Both the position numbers and the translations under genes were made by a program. A DNA stretch of 63,574 bases, the filler included, from Jimgerdemannia flammicorona (taxonomy: Eukaryota), in the NCBI GenBank assembly GCA_003990765.1. It is 3 parts of 3 records of this genome, joined end to end, with 100 filler letters (N's around TTAATTAATTAA, not from the genome) between each part and the next. Parts side by side here need not be neighbours in the genome. Positions count along the whole stretch, not along the records: positions 21,235 to 42,354 come from RBNJ01001525.1; positions 42,455 to 63,574 come from RBNJ01001526.1; 1 more part is not named here. The stretch is one strand, 5' to 3'. This document shows, piece by piece, positions 37,671 through 50,721 of this stretch. The notes under the pieces are model-generated. The model did no database searches and was not told where the DNA came from. It saw nothing but the letters and a program-made list of their open reading frames with translations. Each line of letters starts with the position of its first letter. The stretch's first letter is position 1.

Positions 37671-40600
37671 TAGCACTGGCCGAATGGTGCTGGACCACTT
37701 TCGGGCTGGCAATAGGTTAAACCTCCTATCAATATTCTGTTATCGTCGCGTTCCCAACTGGGCCACATGTCCTGGTTTTGGACAATCGAACACCCGGCTG
37801 TAGATACGCTGCCGTTGTGGATAGAGTCGTGAGTACAAACAAGAGGGGGGGAAGGATTTCACATGTCAAAATCGTCCGGCACGCCGAAACGTGTTTCCGG
37901 CACATGGCGTTCGCTCGTACTACTTTTTCTTCTTCTTCTAGGTCAACTAGTTCTGAATTTGTGCGTTCTATGAGATGGCAGTAGAGACAGCTTCTAGTAC
38001 TATTTTTATCCAACTGTGCCCGCGTGTCTTCCATGGAAAATGATTAGCCAAGTGAACCTTGTTACTTGCATTGCTGTCACCGTCCTCCATACTTTATTTT
38101 TCTTTTCTTTTTTAATAAATAAATAAATAAATAAACCAAGAGATCCACGGACGCTCTACCTTAACTGGAGAGAAAAGATTCACGCGTGTGAGTCTGTCGA
38201 CAGGCAAATACTACAAGCCGATCCGTAATCGGATATACTGTCGGGCTATACATAACGTGACCTCTGGATGACCAATACGATCGCAAGGACATTTTGTTCT
38301 CCTTTCTATCCTTTTAGACACGAACTCCATTTCTTTCTTTTGTGACCAAAAATAATCTACGCTTTGATCTTACAAACATCCCATTTAGTCATATTTGGGT
38401 AGTGAGTTTAAATACTCTAGGAATGCGTGATTTTGTTGGTATATTTCGACACTACCCCGACGACCGCAGGGATTAACTCGCCGTCTGTATTATTCCTGCA
38501 GGATAAGCCTGAACTTTCTTTTTTTCTCAGTATATGACCGAGATCCGGAGCATCAACCTTATCTTCCTGCGACATAACGACACCCTGTCTGTGACGCGCG
38601 TTCCAGGGTGTGCCTCTTTTTTCCTTGTGACCATGGGTTGCGATTGTTAGCGTAATGCATTCATAGCTCATACCCGCAATTTGGGGATACGATCAGTTTG
38701 AAACATTTTTTCTTTTAGGTCCAGGTCCCAGACTCGCCGGCACACCTTCTGAAAAACCCTGCATAAGCATCGTCATCCATGTCATTCATGACAACGCACC
38801 AGTCTCGTGACTCGTTCGTGGCTGTGATCCATGATGGATGGCGTCATACAGGTTATTTGGATTCCTCCCTTACACAACAACTACACGCTTCTGACGCCAT
38901 CGTGTACCGAAGTCGCGTGCCCAGCGCGTGTCTCGACAATGAACACCCAGAATGCACGCTTGGCTCTAGGAAACAATACAATAGGAATACAATACGAAAG
39001 AGTCATGCGAAAAAATATGAGCTCCGCCCACCAAATAGACGCGTCGCCGATCAAGCGATCGGGGTCACAGGGGGCAAACAAATAAGAGTGTCGATCTGGC
39101 CGATTTTCGGGCGGATGGTTCGTTTTGTGTGAATGGCTGGCCACATGGGGATATGGTTGGCACCAGTTCAATGTGTGTTATATCGACGTGCATGCGTTGT
39201 TTGTTGAGGTTTCAGTCTGTAATCATGGGGGGGCGGTGTCAAAACGGTGGTGTTAGAGACATAGGGGTATGGAGGTGAGGATTTGTGGATCCACAGGTTG
39301 GGGTTGGCAAGGAGGTTGACTTCAGTGCCAGGTATATACTACTACAGTGGTATTTTAACTCTAGCCTCCAGAATGGGGCAGGAGATATAGAGCGTTCTGA
39401 GATAGGGCTCGACGTTCGGACACACTTCCCCGTTTCACTCTCAAACCTTATCCCCCTGCCCCCAAACAACAATAAAATATTTAACAAAGAAACTAAAAAA
39501 TAAAATACAACAGAATAAAAATTTGACAGCATCTCCTCAATCACCCGACATCCCCTTACATATATACAATGCATACCCGAACACTAGCTCACCCAGACCC
39601 TTCTTTCCCCACACAATCAAAATCAGAATCACAAAAACAGCTCACGTACAAACCCGTGTCATCACATATCTATTATAAAATAGGTTTGTTTATGACTATT
39701 TCAAATCTCACGGAGAGGGTTCTTGTGTTTCATGAAGGAATAAAGTACGCATCGTGACGCGATCGGTTCCCGCGTGACAACGCATGGCGCGCAAATGTAA
39801 CATGCATGGCCGAATGAGGATAGACGAAGAGGGTGAGAGGGATGTGGGAAGGGGGGGAGAGAGGAAAAATCTAGAAGGAAAGCATGGCAAAAGTGGCTCA
39901 TGCAAACAAAAATTTAGGGGCAATGTGTAACTATGTATGGGTAGTCTGTGCGCACACGCCTGGAAATGTGACGTCGCCGACCCAACTGCGCTTACGCGCG
40001 CCCCACGAATCACAGATGCGGCACATTTGTAGTAAAAACCAGTAATTTTTATTTCCCGCTCTCTGAGTCATAGAATCTGCAGGGTCGAGGAAGGTCACCG
40101 GTCGCGTCGAGTGGACGCGATTTTAGCTGAGGAGAGAGCGTGATCGCGTCAGTGGCGTGGTAGTAGGGTAATGGTGATGGGTGAGATGTTATTTTGATTT
40201 TGATGTAAGACCGTCATTTTGCACGGGCGCAACCGAGGACAAAATGTGCATCCACGTTAAACAATAGGTAACATGTAAAAAATGGTCGACCCGATCTTCT
40301 GGGCCCCGTATGAATAAATAAATAAAAAATCAAGCCCGCCCGTGGTCCATAGGGTACCGACTGTATGGTCCTGATGGTCTTCGCCCCCCGAAATGCAATA
40401 ACCTCAAATGCAGCCTCACGGAAATTTCGACACCCAAAAAATGCAACAATTTTTTTCGCACGGAGGGTCCGAAGTGGATTACGGATTCCATACTGAGCAA
40501 GGGCTAAGGGATAGGTCCGCATTCGCTGGTCCCGGATCAACGTGTGTGACGGGCGAACACAACGGCTTGCGCTCATGTGCCTCGGGTGCTGGGACGGAAG

Positions 40601-42354
40601 GCCCGAGATAAGTTAGCGCGGGGGGGATTGATTGGAGGTAAACAAGTGGGCGGCGTGAATAAGGGGGATGGACGGTGGTGAGTTTTTTGGGCAGGTGGGG
40701 GGTGGGTTTGCATGTGGACAGCATATGGGGGGGGGGGGGGGGGGGGGGGAACCAGGGAACCCAGGAAGGAAGAAAAGTTCTTACAAGAAGTCTAAAAAGA
40801 AGTTTTTGGTTTTATTTGGAAGGGGCTGAGAAGGATGTGGTGGGTGTTTCTCGGTGGTCGGATCGTGCGGAGCGATGCGGGACGGGGTTAGTGGGCTGGC
40901 AAAAATTATTTCGTGAGGGCAGCATTTGGCGGTGGGGATCAAGTGACGGGGGGGTTCCGGTCATATGCCCCGCTGGTCAGCTAACCCCGTTTCGGGGGTG
41001 ACCGAGCAGGCATTATAAGATGAGGCAGGCAATGTGCGGAGGAGAGGGTTTTTCGTTGTTGTTGTCGATATTATAACCGGAGCTGTTGCCAGGCACGTCC
41101 GTCCGCCCGTCCTTCCCGCCGCTTCCATACACAACAGGCCCTGTGGATCCCGTCCTGCGTTCGTTATATTCGTCCACGTCATCGACCGAATCCAGAGTGC
41201 GTGTTTAATTTAATTGCACCCCGACCCAACCATCCTGGCCTTGGCTGTGTCTAGACCTCTCTTTTTTGACCACCCCACACTTCCCTCCACCTCTCAACCC
41301 CCCACCCTTACACCTTTCCCCCATCCCCCCACCCCCACAGCCCTCAACAACAATCTGACACTGCTCAAAGGAAAATCCCCTAAAAAAATACACCTCCACC
41401 TGCCCATCTTGTCCCCCTTCAGTGCTCCAGTGGAACTAGCCCATCAAGTGAACAGTTCCATCTAAGCACTCGTTCCTAGTTCCCCCACAATTCCAGTCTA
41501 GCCGACCGGATCCGCTCTCTACCCTTCTTTTCCACACTCCCAAAACCTCCCCCAACCCTGTCTCCCTCCTCTCCTGGTGTCCGTTCAAAACCTCCCCGAC
41601 TCGACTCGACAACTCGTAGCGGAGAGATTTGAACCTTGACCAACCTCCATTTCACTGTCACGACGAGAAAGCCGAACACGCGAACTCACCTTCGCTCGTT
41701 CTCTTATCGTCTGCCCCTACCACATTTGCTTTGAGCTCAGACCCCTCACGCTTGTCGGGACCTAGCTCGAACTCATCGTCTGTGACGTCTCGCAGAGGAA
41801 TGTCAATGACCCATCAACCGGCTACTGGATCTCTATAAAGCCGATCGACCTTTCGTTTCCCAAGCTCCGTATACCTATTTGCTTGACACCTTAATTTTCC
41901 CTATTTCCTCTTATAATTTCTCCTGTATCATAGCCGCTCTACATAACTTGCTTTTATTGTTCTCCTCGCTTGGCATCATTTATTTATCTCCGCTTCACAG
42001 CTTAATATCTTCCCCCACAAATCCACATCGCTTTTAGTATCCCTTTTCTAAACAAAAACACTCTATCCACTACGTCCACCAAGATGGCCCTCTAACGCTC
42101 TCCTTCCCCTCTGCAAAAAATTTGCAAAAACCCCTTTCCCTACCCCGTGAAAATGATCTTCCTCCACATCGCGACCTTCGTTCAGAGTTGTACCGACTCG
42201 CAATCATCCTTCGTCACCAAACACATCCACTCTCTTGATCTCATCTCGGCTATTGTCGCCACCCCTACAACAACATCGAACTTTCTTTGCATACCCACCT
42301 CAGTCCTCGCGTAGTCCACCCTTTTTTTACACACACATCGCACGAAGATTTTTT

Positions 42355-42454
42355 NNNNNNNNNNNNNNNNNNNNNNNNNNNNNNNNNNNNNNNNNNNNTT
42401 AATTAATTAANNNNNNNNNNNNNNNNNNNNNNNNNNNNNNNNNNNNNNNNNNNN
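42355..42454. other. Assembly gap with artificial TTAATTAATTAA linker
   Basis: N run with linker. Confidence 0.95.
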
Positions 42455-42981
42455 TTTTTTGACAAGTTTCATGATAACGGCAGAATCAAGGTGAATAGAG
42501 AGCCAAGTGGTGGAATTTACCGAAGACAAAGAGAAACGTGTATATCAAAATTAAAATGGCATGAGGAAAGACAGGCAAAATATGATTACAGGAGACGGAA
42601 GAAAGAAAAAGCGGTGTGATACAAGTTGCACTGAACCAAAGGACCATATACAATCACTTCATTGTCCGCTTTCACATTCTACTGCCTGCCCTAATGTCAT
42701 TGACATGATACCTCTGATGTGTTACAGGGTGGCATGGTATTACGGACACTGGCAGTGTTCCAACACAGTTCGTGAGTAATGCCAAGCACGAGAACATTGG
42801 AATATGATTGAAAAAAACAATCCACCATACAACTTTCCGTTCCAGTTTCCAATACGACAATCCACGTGCAATTCCCATCCCCATTCAAATAGACTGTTCA
42901 AGATCGTTACTACCAAAGACATCCATGCCCCTCCATATATCCATGTGATTCTAGAAGTTCCAGTCAATGACTAAAGTTGTA

Positions 42982-45048
42982 TCACAGATCTATCATACCC
43001 GGACCGGCGGATTTTTTCTTCTCTTTGGCGTTAGCACCTCCACCGCCTCCTTTGCCACGTTGTAGCTTGCGCTGTCGCGCTTGCTCCATTTCTTCGCGCT
43101 CACGTTGTTCTTCACGCAAGTCTTCGAGGCGAGCTAGTTTGGCACTTTAAAAGCATGGCCGAAAGTAGGTACCCTGGTTGTAAGATGGAACTGGACGAGG
43201 AAAACCTCCTTCGATTGACAAGTGTATGAACAAGGTGAATGGAATTGGATATATACCTTCGCTGCTCCTCACGCAGGACGTCTGACGCACCAGCTTCCAT
43301 GTCCTCATCCGAATATTCTTCATCACGGTATCTGTCATTGACATAAGGAAACCAAATGTTGGACGCATTGCGGGTGTGTGGGAACAACAAATCCTTCCTC
43401 ACCGTTACAACAAGAGTGCATGTACGGAAGCACACTGGTACATTTCCACCCAATTGCAACTCACCTTTTCCTATCGTAATTAAACATCCTTCCAATTATA
43501 CTCCTTGCGTCGAGTACCTCCTCGTCGTCATCGTCGTCGTCGTCGATGAATGAATCCATATCATCGTCGTCATCTTCATCGTAGTATCGTCCTCGGCGAC
43601 CACGGTCAGGTCTGCGCGTAGAAGGTGGCGGCGGAGGCCGTCTTCTCGGCGGGGGTGGGGGCGAATGACGGCGGCCAGAGGGTGGTGATCTCGACATAGG
43701 ACGCCTCCGCACTCCGTTCGAAGCAGGTACAGGTGAGTGATCTCGACGAACTCCATTCTTTGCCCTCGTGGATGTGGAGGATCCTCGTGCAGTCTGGACT
43801 GGCCTCTTCTGGTCGCTATCGTCCTCTCGGTCTCGATAGCTAATCCGATCCCTATCTCTGTCTCGCTCTCTCTCTCTGTCCCGATTCCGATCGGCTGTGC
43901 CACTTACGAATCCAATCCTCCCTGCACTTGTCGTCCGATTATCTCTCGAAACCATCCCATGATCGTTTCTGTGCGAACTAGGTCCAGATTTACGCTTTGT
44001 CATATCTTCCTGAATTTCTTCGACACTTCGCAGATCGCGCTTGTTCGTGTTAAGCCGTTGCGGAGGAGCTAAAACTGATGCTTTCAAGCGATCGCGGGCC
44101 GAGGCTCCACCAGCAGATGAAGAAGTGCCGCCGTTGCCGGTCGAACGAGAGACGTTCGCGGTGCGTTTAGAGCCGTAGATGGTGCCATTAGTTAGCCTTG
44201 CTGGACTAGCGACTCGGCCGTTCCCGCCACCATTAGTATGGGATCGAGGATTAGCAGCGGACGAAGAAGATCCGGAGAGTCGTGAAGATATCGCTGACGC
44301 ACTGAGCCGTGTGCCACCAAGACTGCCGTTTCCATGCAACCTGCCTCTATCTCTATCCCCAACGGATTTCCGAGAAATGTCTGTATTGTTGTTGATGTCG
44401 CGAGAATTCCCTCGCGCACCCCGGTCGTCCATCTCCCTGTCCCTGTCCCTGTCCCTCTCATTTCCTTTCAATGTAGGACTACTTCGCGACACCCCTGTTG
44501 ATGGACCCACACGTAAAGCTTTGGCGTCAATAGCGTCCGCTTGTTTCAGAAGTGCGTCAAAAGAGAGGTCCGCTGATTTCTGTGCGCGAGTTGTACCAAT
44601 AAGAAATGGCACAAGGAACATAGTCAGGGTCAGATAGACCATGGTTCGGTTGGCGTGACCAACTCGGAAAACCAAGAAAAATAAAAATGCAAAACCATAA
44701 GAACATTGAAAATCTCCGGCGACCTGCCTTCTTGTCTGGTTTGGCACTCAACCCAGCTGTTCGCCCAAAACCGCCGCTGGAGGTGTTTGATTTTCCGACG
44801 CCAGGTCTGTCCCTGTCACGCTGTTCTCTTTCTTTTTCACGCTTATCTGCTTCGTCTTTCCTACGCTTCTCCTCCATTGCCCTTCGTCTTCTCCGTTCGT
44901 CTGCTTCTTTTTGTTCCCGGCGTCTGCGTTCTTCGTCCCTCTGCTTACGCTGCTCCTCTTCATGCTGTCTGCGTTTCCGGCGTTCAATATCCTTTTCGGC
45001 CTCTTTTGTGTTTGATGAGGCCATCCTGAGGATCTCCTCGAATTCCAT
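42982..45048 (-). CDS. SPT2: SPT2 chromatin protein / histone chaperone, 4 exons
   Basis: ATG 45048 (MEFEEIL), charged coiled coil, low-complexity middle. Spliced C-terminus DMDSFIDD...IGRMFNYDRKRYRDEEYSDEDMEAGASDVLREEQRSAKLARLED. Stop at 42982-42984. Confidence 0.9.
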
Positions 45049-45125
45049 TGTGTGAGGCGGGTGAATGGGTAAGAAACAGCGGGGGTGGCGATGTGTGGTC
45101 AAGCGAGTTGGGTGAGTGTTGTGGT

Positions 45126-45201
45126 GGGTGACGTCACCCTGCATATTGGCTTTGCGGATATAATTATGGGGCATGCCAGACAAAGTGAACATGTGACGTC
45201 A
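45126..45201. promoter_or_regulatory. Divergent promoter with two CRE-like TGACGTCA sites
   Basis: Palindrome GGGTGACGTCACCC at 45126-45139 and TGACGTCA at 45194-45201, between ATGs at 45048 (-) and 45247 (+). Confidence 0.5.
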
Positions 45202-45246
45202 TATACAGTGATGTTTTGTTTTCATTTACTCACACACAACCCTATA

Positions 45247-47272
45247 ATGTACGACAATGGACTCAAAGGTATGATAAATAACATATTTGTATTCGTTCGA
45301 GAAAGCAAATATAGTATAAACTGGTGATATTTATCAAACTTTGAAACTGATCAAACCACTGGCAGCAGACCGAGCAGCTCAAACTGTTCTTTATCTTGGA
45401 GAAATACACACTGTTGGATTTTCTCCAGTATGCTGACGCGACCAAGTACTTGGCGCCAAAAGGGGAAGCGCACCGCCAATACATGATATTACTGGAAAAC
45501 ATCAAGCGTGCAAGTGGTGGACACTATGACAGAGAGAGCTTCTCAAGCCTTATCAAATTTTCAGGGGAGTTACTGTAACTTTTTATGTTATTTTCTTTAA
45601 AAAGAGCATCCGGTCGAGTCCGGTAATCCTGTTGTCGAGTCAGTGGGCATACTCTAATACCTGGAGGAGTGTGCTAGGTCGAGTCTGAAAGACCCCTGTC
45701 GAGTCAGGGAATGCTGCTTCTGTGTGCTTTTTAAGTCTAGTTGAACATAATTAACAACCTCTCTCTTAATTTTAACAGCTTGAAGCAAATTCATCCGAAG
45801 TGAAAGGATCCTGGCAGAAGAAAAATGCATATAACCTCGTTCAACAATCGGCTATGGACATTGTGCAAAATATCATAAAGTAGGTCAGCAAGGTGCAAGA
45901 AACAACAACAATGTATTGGCAATGGAAATATAGGAACAACTGAATAATCTAAGGCAAAGATCATCAGGTATGCTTATTATTTAATTTTATAGCATCATGT
46001 TATTATGTGAAGCAAAGAAATGTTGAACAAGTATATGAGAGATCAGATATCGGCTCATACAATTTAGATGAATCAAATTCTTTCAACGCGGTAAGATTTT
46101 ACCTGATAACATTGGTGATTCTCATACTTTTTATGTTATCACATATGTCCAACAGCTGCCGGGTGACAACGAACAAGCGCATTATCAGTCAACAATGAGG
46201 TACAGGAAAATTCTTTGCCGTCTTCCAACGATGATGTCGAGTGTGAGTTTGGTACAAAAGATCTAGAACTTTTCACAAAACGGTATGTTTGTCCTTTCAC
46301 TCTTTTTTCGTCCGAAATTGCAACTTGAATATTTACTATTTTATAAAAATTTGAAGGATGAAGCCCGCCCACAAATGGAAACTTAAAAGTGGAAGGACTA
46401 TTGAAGATATTTTATATGAGTTGGGCAAAAGGTGTAATAATTATAAGTATTTCAAAACCTACTCTTCTGAAAAATACATAATAAATATTATGATAGTTAC
46501 TTTAGTCTAGTCCATTCTTTCATAATCGATCCAGAGGACGAGTACATACGCTCTAACTTTACTGAAGAAGAGCTAAGCGAGGTTGTGCATGAAAACTATC
46601 GAGCTCCTTCAGATTTGGATCTGAATTTGCTCGAGTTTGTGAGCTCCTTTGCCAAGGCAAATAAAATAGTATACCCTAAGTGCTTTTTTCTTTCGCCTCT
46701 TCTGTCAATCTACAACACGTGATTTTATAATATACAGTCGAGATTCGAGAGGAGTTAAATCGTCCGCATCCAAAGCTAGGGCGAGACTACAATCCAAAAA
46801 CAGATTTCCTTACCATCATGTCAAGGCAGCCGTCGCCGACTGGTAAGTAATCAACATTTTTCCAGTAGATTGACGCTGCCACAATGGATTGAAGTCTCGT
46901 CACTCTGAACAGCAGTCTAATGTCTCTCTGAATTTGTAATCTTGCAGGGTTACGCTCCTAGAGTCAGACCCCAACCCTCTCGTCTTAGACCTTCCGGAAG
47001 CTTGGGATCGAACGAATGTCTAGCGATGCATTGACATGGCGTTTTCAGACGTTCATTACGGTTTTGTTATTGGGTAGGATGAATTATAGTAATAATCTAC
47101 GAAGTTGTGCGCTACTTCTTTTAACTTTGCCTTGTGCCTTTTTCGTTTTAGAGGTGAGAGGGCTGGTGTTGCTAGCACAGAGAGGGAAAATCTGTCTAGA
47201 ACACTGGGAAACGAAGCTCCTATGCAACGCAAATCAGTCAGGGAAAAGGGCGACGGATACGTGAGGAATGTG
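45247..47272 (+). pseudogene. Multi-exon Mucoromycota-type hypothetical gene (possible Crinkler/REase-fold family), decayed and truncated by a LINE
   Basis: Exon peptides KWKLKSGRTIEDILYELG, HSFIIDPEDEYIRSNFTEEEL and GERAGVASTERENLSRTL..RKSVREKGDGYVR. Short introns and internal stops. Family assignment is from motif recall only. Confidence 0.55.
45597..45734 (+). ncRNA. Candidate structured intronic RNA or TTAA-bounded insertion with four G-UCGAGU-C stem-loops
   Basis: GTCGAGTC at 45613, 45634, 45678 and 45698, each the loop of a short stem. Central hairpin. Closing stems AGCAT/ATGCT and TTAAAAAG/CTTTTTAA. Confidence 0.5.
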
Positions 47273-47274
47273 GG

Positions 47275-48960
47275 ACAAAGATTAGGGGTCCACATTGGGA
47301 TGGTGAAAAAGGCACGAAGACAGTGTAGGCGGGATTGGCTAGACACTAGTTGTATGTGTTTGAAGATGAGAGGTAGATAAGTTTAGAGAAGTATTTGGTG
47401 AGATGGAAAGAGTTGTTAAGAGATGTTATATCTAGCTAGTGGATTCAGGGAGGTCATTACTAATACTTAGTAAAAGAGATTTATATGTAGAGTAGGGGGA
47501 GAATTAGAGTGGTTGATGGTTTAGTAGTCTTTAATTATGAAGAAATTGAGAGTAATTTCTCTAGGAGGATTAGTTAGGAGTGGGGTTACTGTAGACAGTA
47601 GAGTGGTATGAGGTGTACTCTGGGGCTAAACTCAATTAGCATAAGTATGAAATAATAGTGTTAGGCAATGACCTGGTGGGAGGAGATGTCATTGGAACAA
47701 TTATCCTTACTGGGGAGGCAGTACAGTACTTGGGTATCTATCTATCAGTATATAGGTCAATTCTATTGAGACCTTGGTGGGAGCAGAGGGTTGTAATCTG
47801 GGAGAAGGCCCTGCAGAGTTGGAGAGGACACTACTTGTCTCTAATAGGATATGTTTTGATTTTGAACATCTACTGGCTGCTGAAGCTGTGGTATTTAGCT
47901 TATCACCTGAACTTTCCAGCCTGAGTGGTGAAAAGACTGATGAAACTGGCTAAGAGGTGAATCTGGGCCAAAAGAAGGAGTCAGATCAGCTGGGAGGTCT
48001 TGTTTTTACTGATGACTAGAGGGGATCTTGGGCTGGTTGATTTTCCAAAGAGACTATATTATCTGAGAGTATAATAGCTGAAGAGAGTGATAGAGTTGAG
48101 AGAGAGTAGTTGAGTTCTTCTGATGCAGAAGATCTGAGAGATGAGATCCTCACCAAGAGGCTCTATAAGAGATCTACTATCCTTGGTTAGGCTTCAGAAT
48201 AATGGACATATATAGTATAAAGGCTTCTGGTGAGGGATAGTGAATGGGGTATACCATATTGAAATTTGCTAGTAGAGAAATAAAGGAGAGATACCTTGGA
48301 ACCCAGTGATGTAGAGATAGGACCAAGTGTTATTAGAGGATATCTCTCTAGTTGACTTTGATATTGACAATAGAATTAAGTACCAGAGGGGGCCAGAACA
48401 GGATCTATAACCTAGTAAATAACAGCTGGCAGATATTAGAGAGGAGTGAGACTGGAATGGGATTTGGGTCTAAAGTACTGAGGTATAGTAGTAGCTACTA
48501 TCAAAGTCTGGTGGTATATACTATAGATGAATATTATACTCAACTTTTACTTGAGACACCTTATTAAGGAGGAAAGCTTTGACTGTGAGGAGTGCTATAA
48601 TGTAGGATAGGAAGGGGAATTTATACAGATACTTGAATATTAGCTAGAAGAGTATAAGGTACTTAGTAACTTTTGGCTAGCTGTTAGAGATTAATTAAAT
48701 ATTATATATAAAGAAGATGGTAAGTGAGATCAGTAAGAGGATTTGAGAGATAGATTGGTGGGGGGGGTGAGAAAGGAGTAACTTACTTTAGGTAGGATAT
48801 TAGTAGTTTGAGTAGGGCTGATAGCTCACTGGTTATTTGTTTTCAAGGAAGAGAGGTGTCTGAGTTTGGGAGTGTAGTTATTGAGATAGCAAGAGCTAAT
48901 AGAGAATATATATTATGATAGGCTAGTGGCTTGGTTGGAGTTTGTAGAATGGTCAGAGGC
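47275..48960 (+). mobile_element. Two abutting LINE family A ORF2 3' fragments
   Basis: YLGIYLS and LNIYWLLKLWYLAYHL motifs shared with the other copies. Junction near 47595. Confidence 0.75.
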
Positions 48961-49687
48961 ATCACTAGAGAAAGGGCCAAGAAGGTAGTAGTGGTCTCAG
49001 CTAAGCTTTAAATATTTTCTTTGATAATGATGAATAGTTTACACATCTTATCAATCAATATCAATGGATTGTATGATGGTGTTAAGAGGCAGAGGCTCTT
49101 TTTATAGCTTAAAGTCAGAAGATATGATATTGTTTTTCTTCAGGATATTAGGGCATATGGAGAGCAGGACTTTAAGGTGTGAAGTAAAGAATGGTATGGT
49201 GGAATGGGTTGGAATAAGCAGATGGATATCTTGGTTGGTATAGATAAAGGTGAGCTGATAGAGGTTGAGGTCTATAGTGATAGATTGGTGTGGGGAAGGC
49301 TAAAAGGAGGAGCAGGTAATGGTCTAGCAGTAGGCTCAGTTTATCTCCCTGCTGTTAGCAGAGAGCAAAAGTAATGGGTTGAGGACTGGTGGACTTGGAA
49401 AGGTCAGGAGGTGGCTGCACTAGACATTCTGAGGGGGGATTTTAATATAGTACATAATTGGGTACTGGACAGATCAGATGGAGGAGCAGATATAGTAGTG
49501 TCCTCTGGGCTGTCTTGGTGGCTTCAGATAGAGCATGATATGAGACTGGTGGATAGTATCTATTAGCATCAGAGAGATGAGTCAGGATCTTTCACTTAGT
49601 GGCACCTGGTTGGAAACAGATTGATTGGGACATGAATTGATTGGGTGCTGGTGGGTAATATACTGGATGTTGTAGAGGTACATTGGT

Positions 49688-50721
49688 GGGTGCTGCTATT
49701 GCAGAAGGTATGGGAGATGAGATTCTCTCCTCAAGGGTCCTTGGGAGATTTGTTCTCTTTGGTAGGGCTGAATGGAAGTCAATGGTTGTAGTTTAAGGGC
49801 TTTTGATAGAGAGTGGTAGATGGAGTATACAGAATTGATCTGTACTAGTAAGATAATGAGGGGGAGATAATATGGGGTTCTAATATATAGTGATGAGACA
49901 GACTGCTTCTGAGGGATGCTCTGCTTGCTGAGTTTGATATTGGGGATAGAGTGGAGTGTCAGCAGGGTCTTGGCCAGGATCTTTGGCTGAGTGGCTGGTA
50001 GGCAGCAAGAATTGATGAGGAGTGGGACTGAGCAGATATCTGGTTATAGAGTGCTGAGGTACAGAGGTGGCTTTCTCCCAAGTTCTAGATAGTATAATGG
50101 AGAATGCTATGGAGGAATGTCATATTGAATTTCTATACAGGGCATCTGGTGGAAGGTAGCTAGTTAGATTGTAAGGAGTATTATAATATAGGGTAAGTTG
50201 GGGGATTTGTACAGATGCTGGAACATTGGCTAGAAGAGTATGAGGTTTTGGGGGACTTTTGGATAGAAGTAGGAAATAGACTGAGTGTAGAGAGAAGGCT
50301 AAATGGTGTGAGAGGCCACTGGGAGGATTTAAAATCTCAGCTAGTGAGTGGTATTAACAATAGTTGGCTTACTGTAGGGTGGATTTTAGCAGTATAGGTA
50401 GGACTGACTAGTTGTTGGCTCTTTGTTTTCAAGGAGGGGTGACAGATGGATTTATAGAAGAAGTTGTTAAGGTAGGAGGGATTGATGGGGGATTGGGTGG
50501 GTGATGTCATGGTCTGGTGGAAAGGATCTGTAAATAGAGTAGTGGGTGGGTGGAGATGGTGTTAGACAAAGTAGTCTTTTATCAAGTGAGAATGGAGGGG
50601 AGGGAGTTCTCTTAGGGGGATCAGATGAGGGGTGGGCTTAATATATTTATATGGGATAGATGGGTATTAATAAATAAAGGAGTCTAAGTAACTATAAAAA
50701 AAAAAAAAAAAAAAAAAAAAA
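49688..50721 (+). mobile_element. 5'-truncated LINE family A with poly(A)
   Basis: TSD AGGTACATTGGT (49676-49687) / AGGTACATTAGT (50722-50733) and the family 3' motif. Confidence 0.9.

Noticed and set aside
37729..38034. 101-aa Cys-containing ORF, possibly a small CX9C-type gene
   Set aside because: Cys spacing does not fit and no convincing second exon was found.
41597..41610. CGACTCGACTCGAC, reverse complement of the GTCGAGTC motif
   Set aside because: Simple 5-bp tandem without flanking stems. Probably unrelated to the 45597 element.
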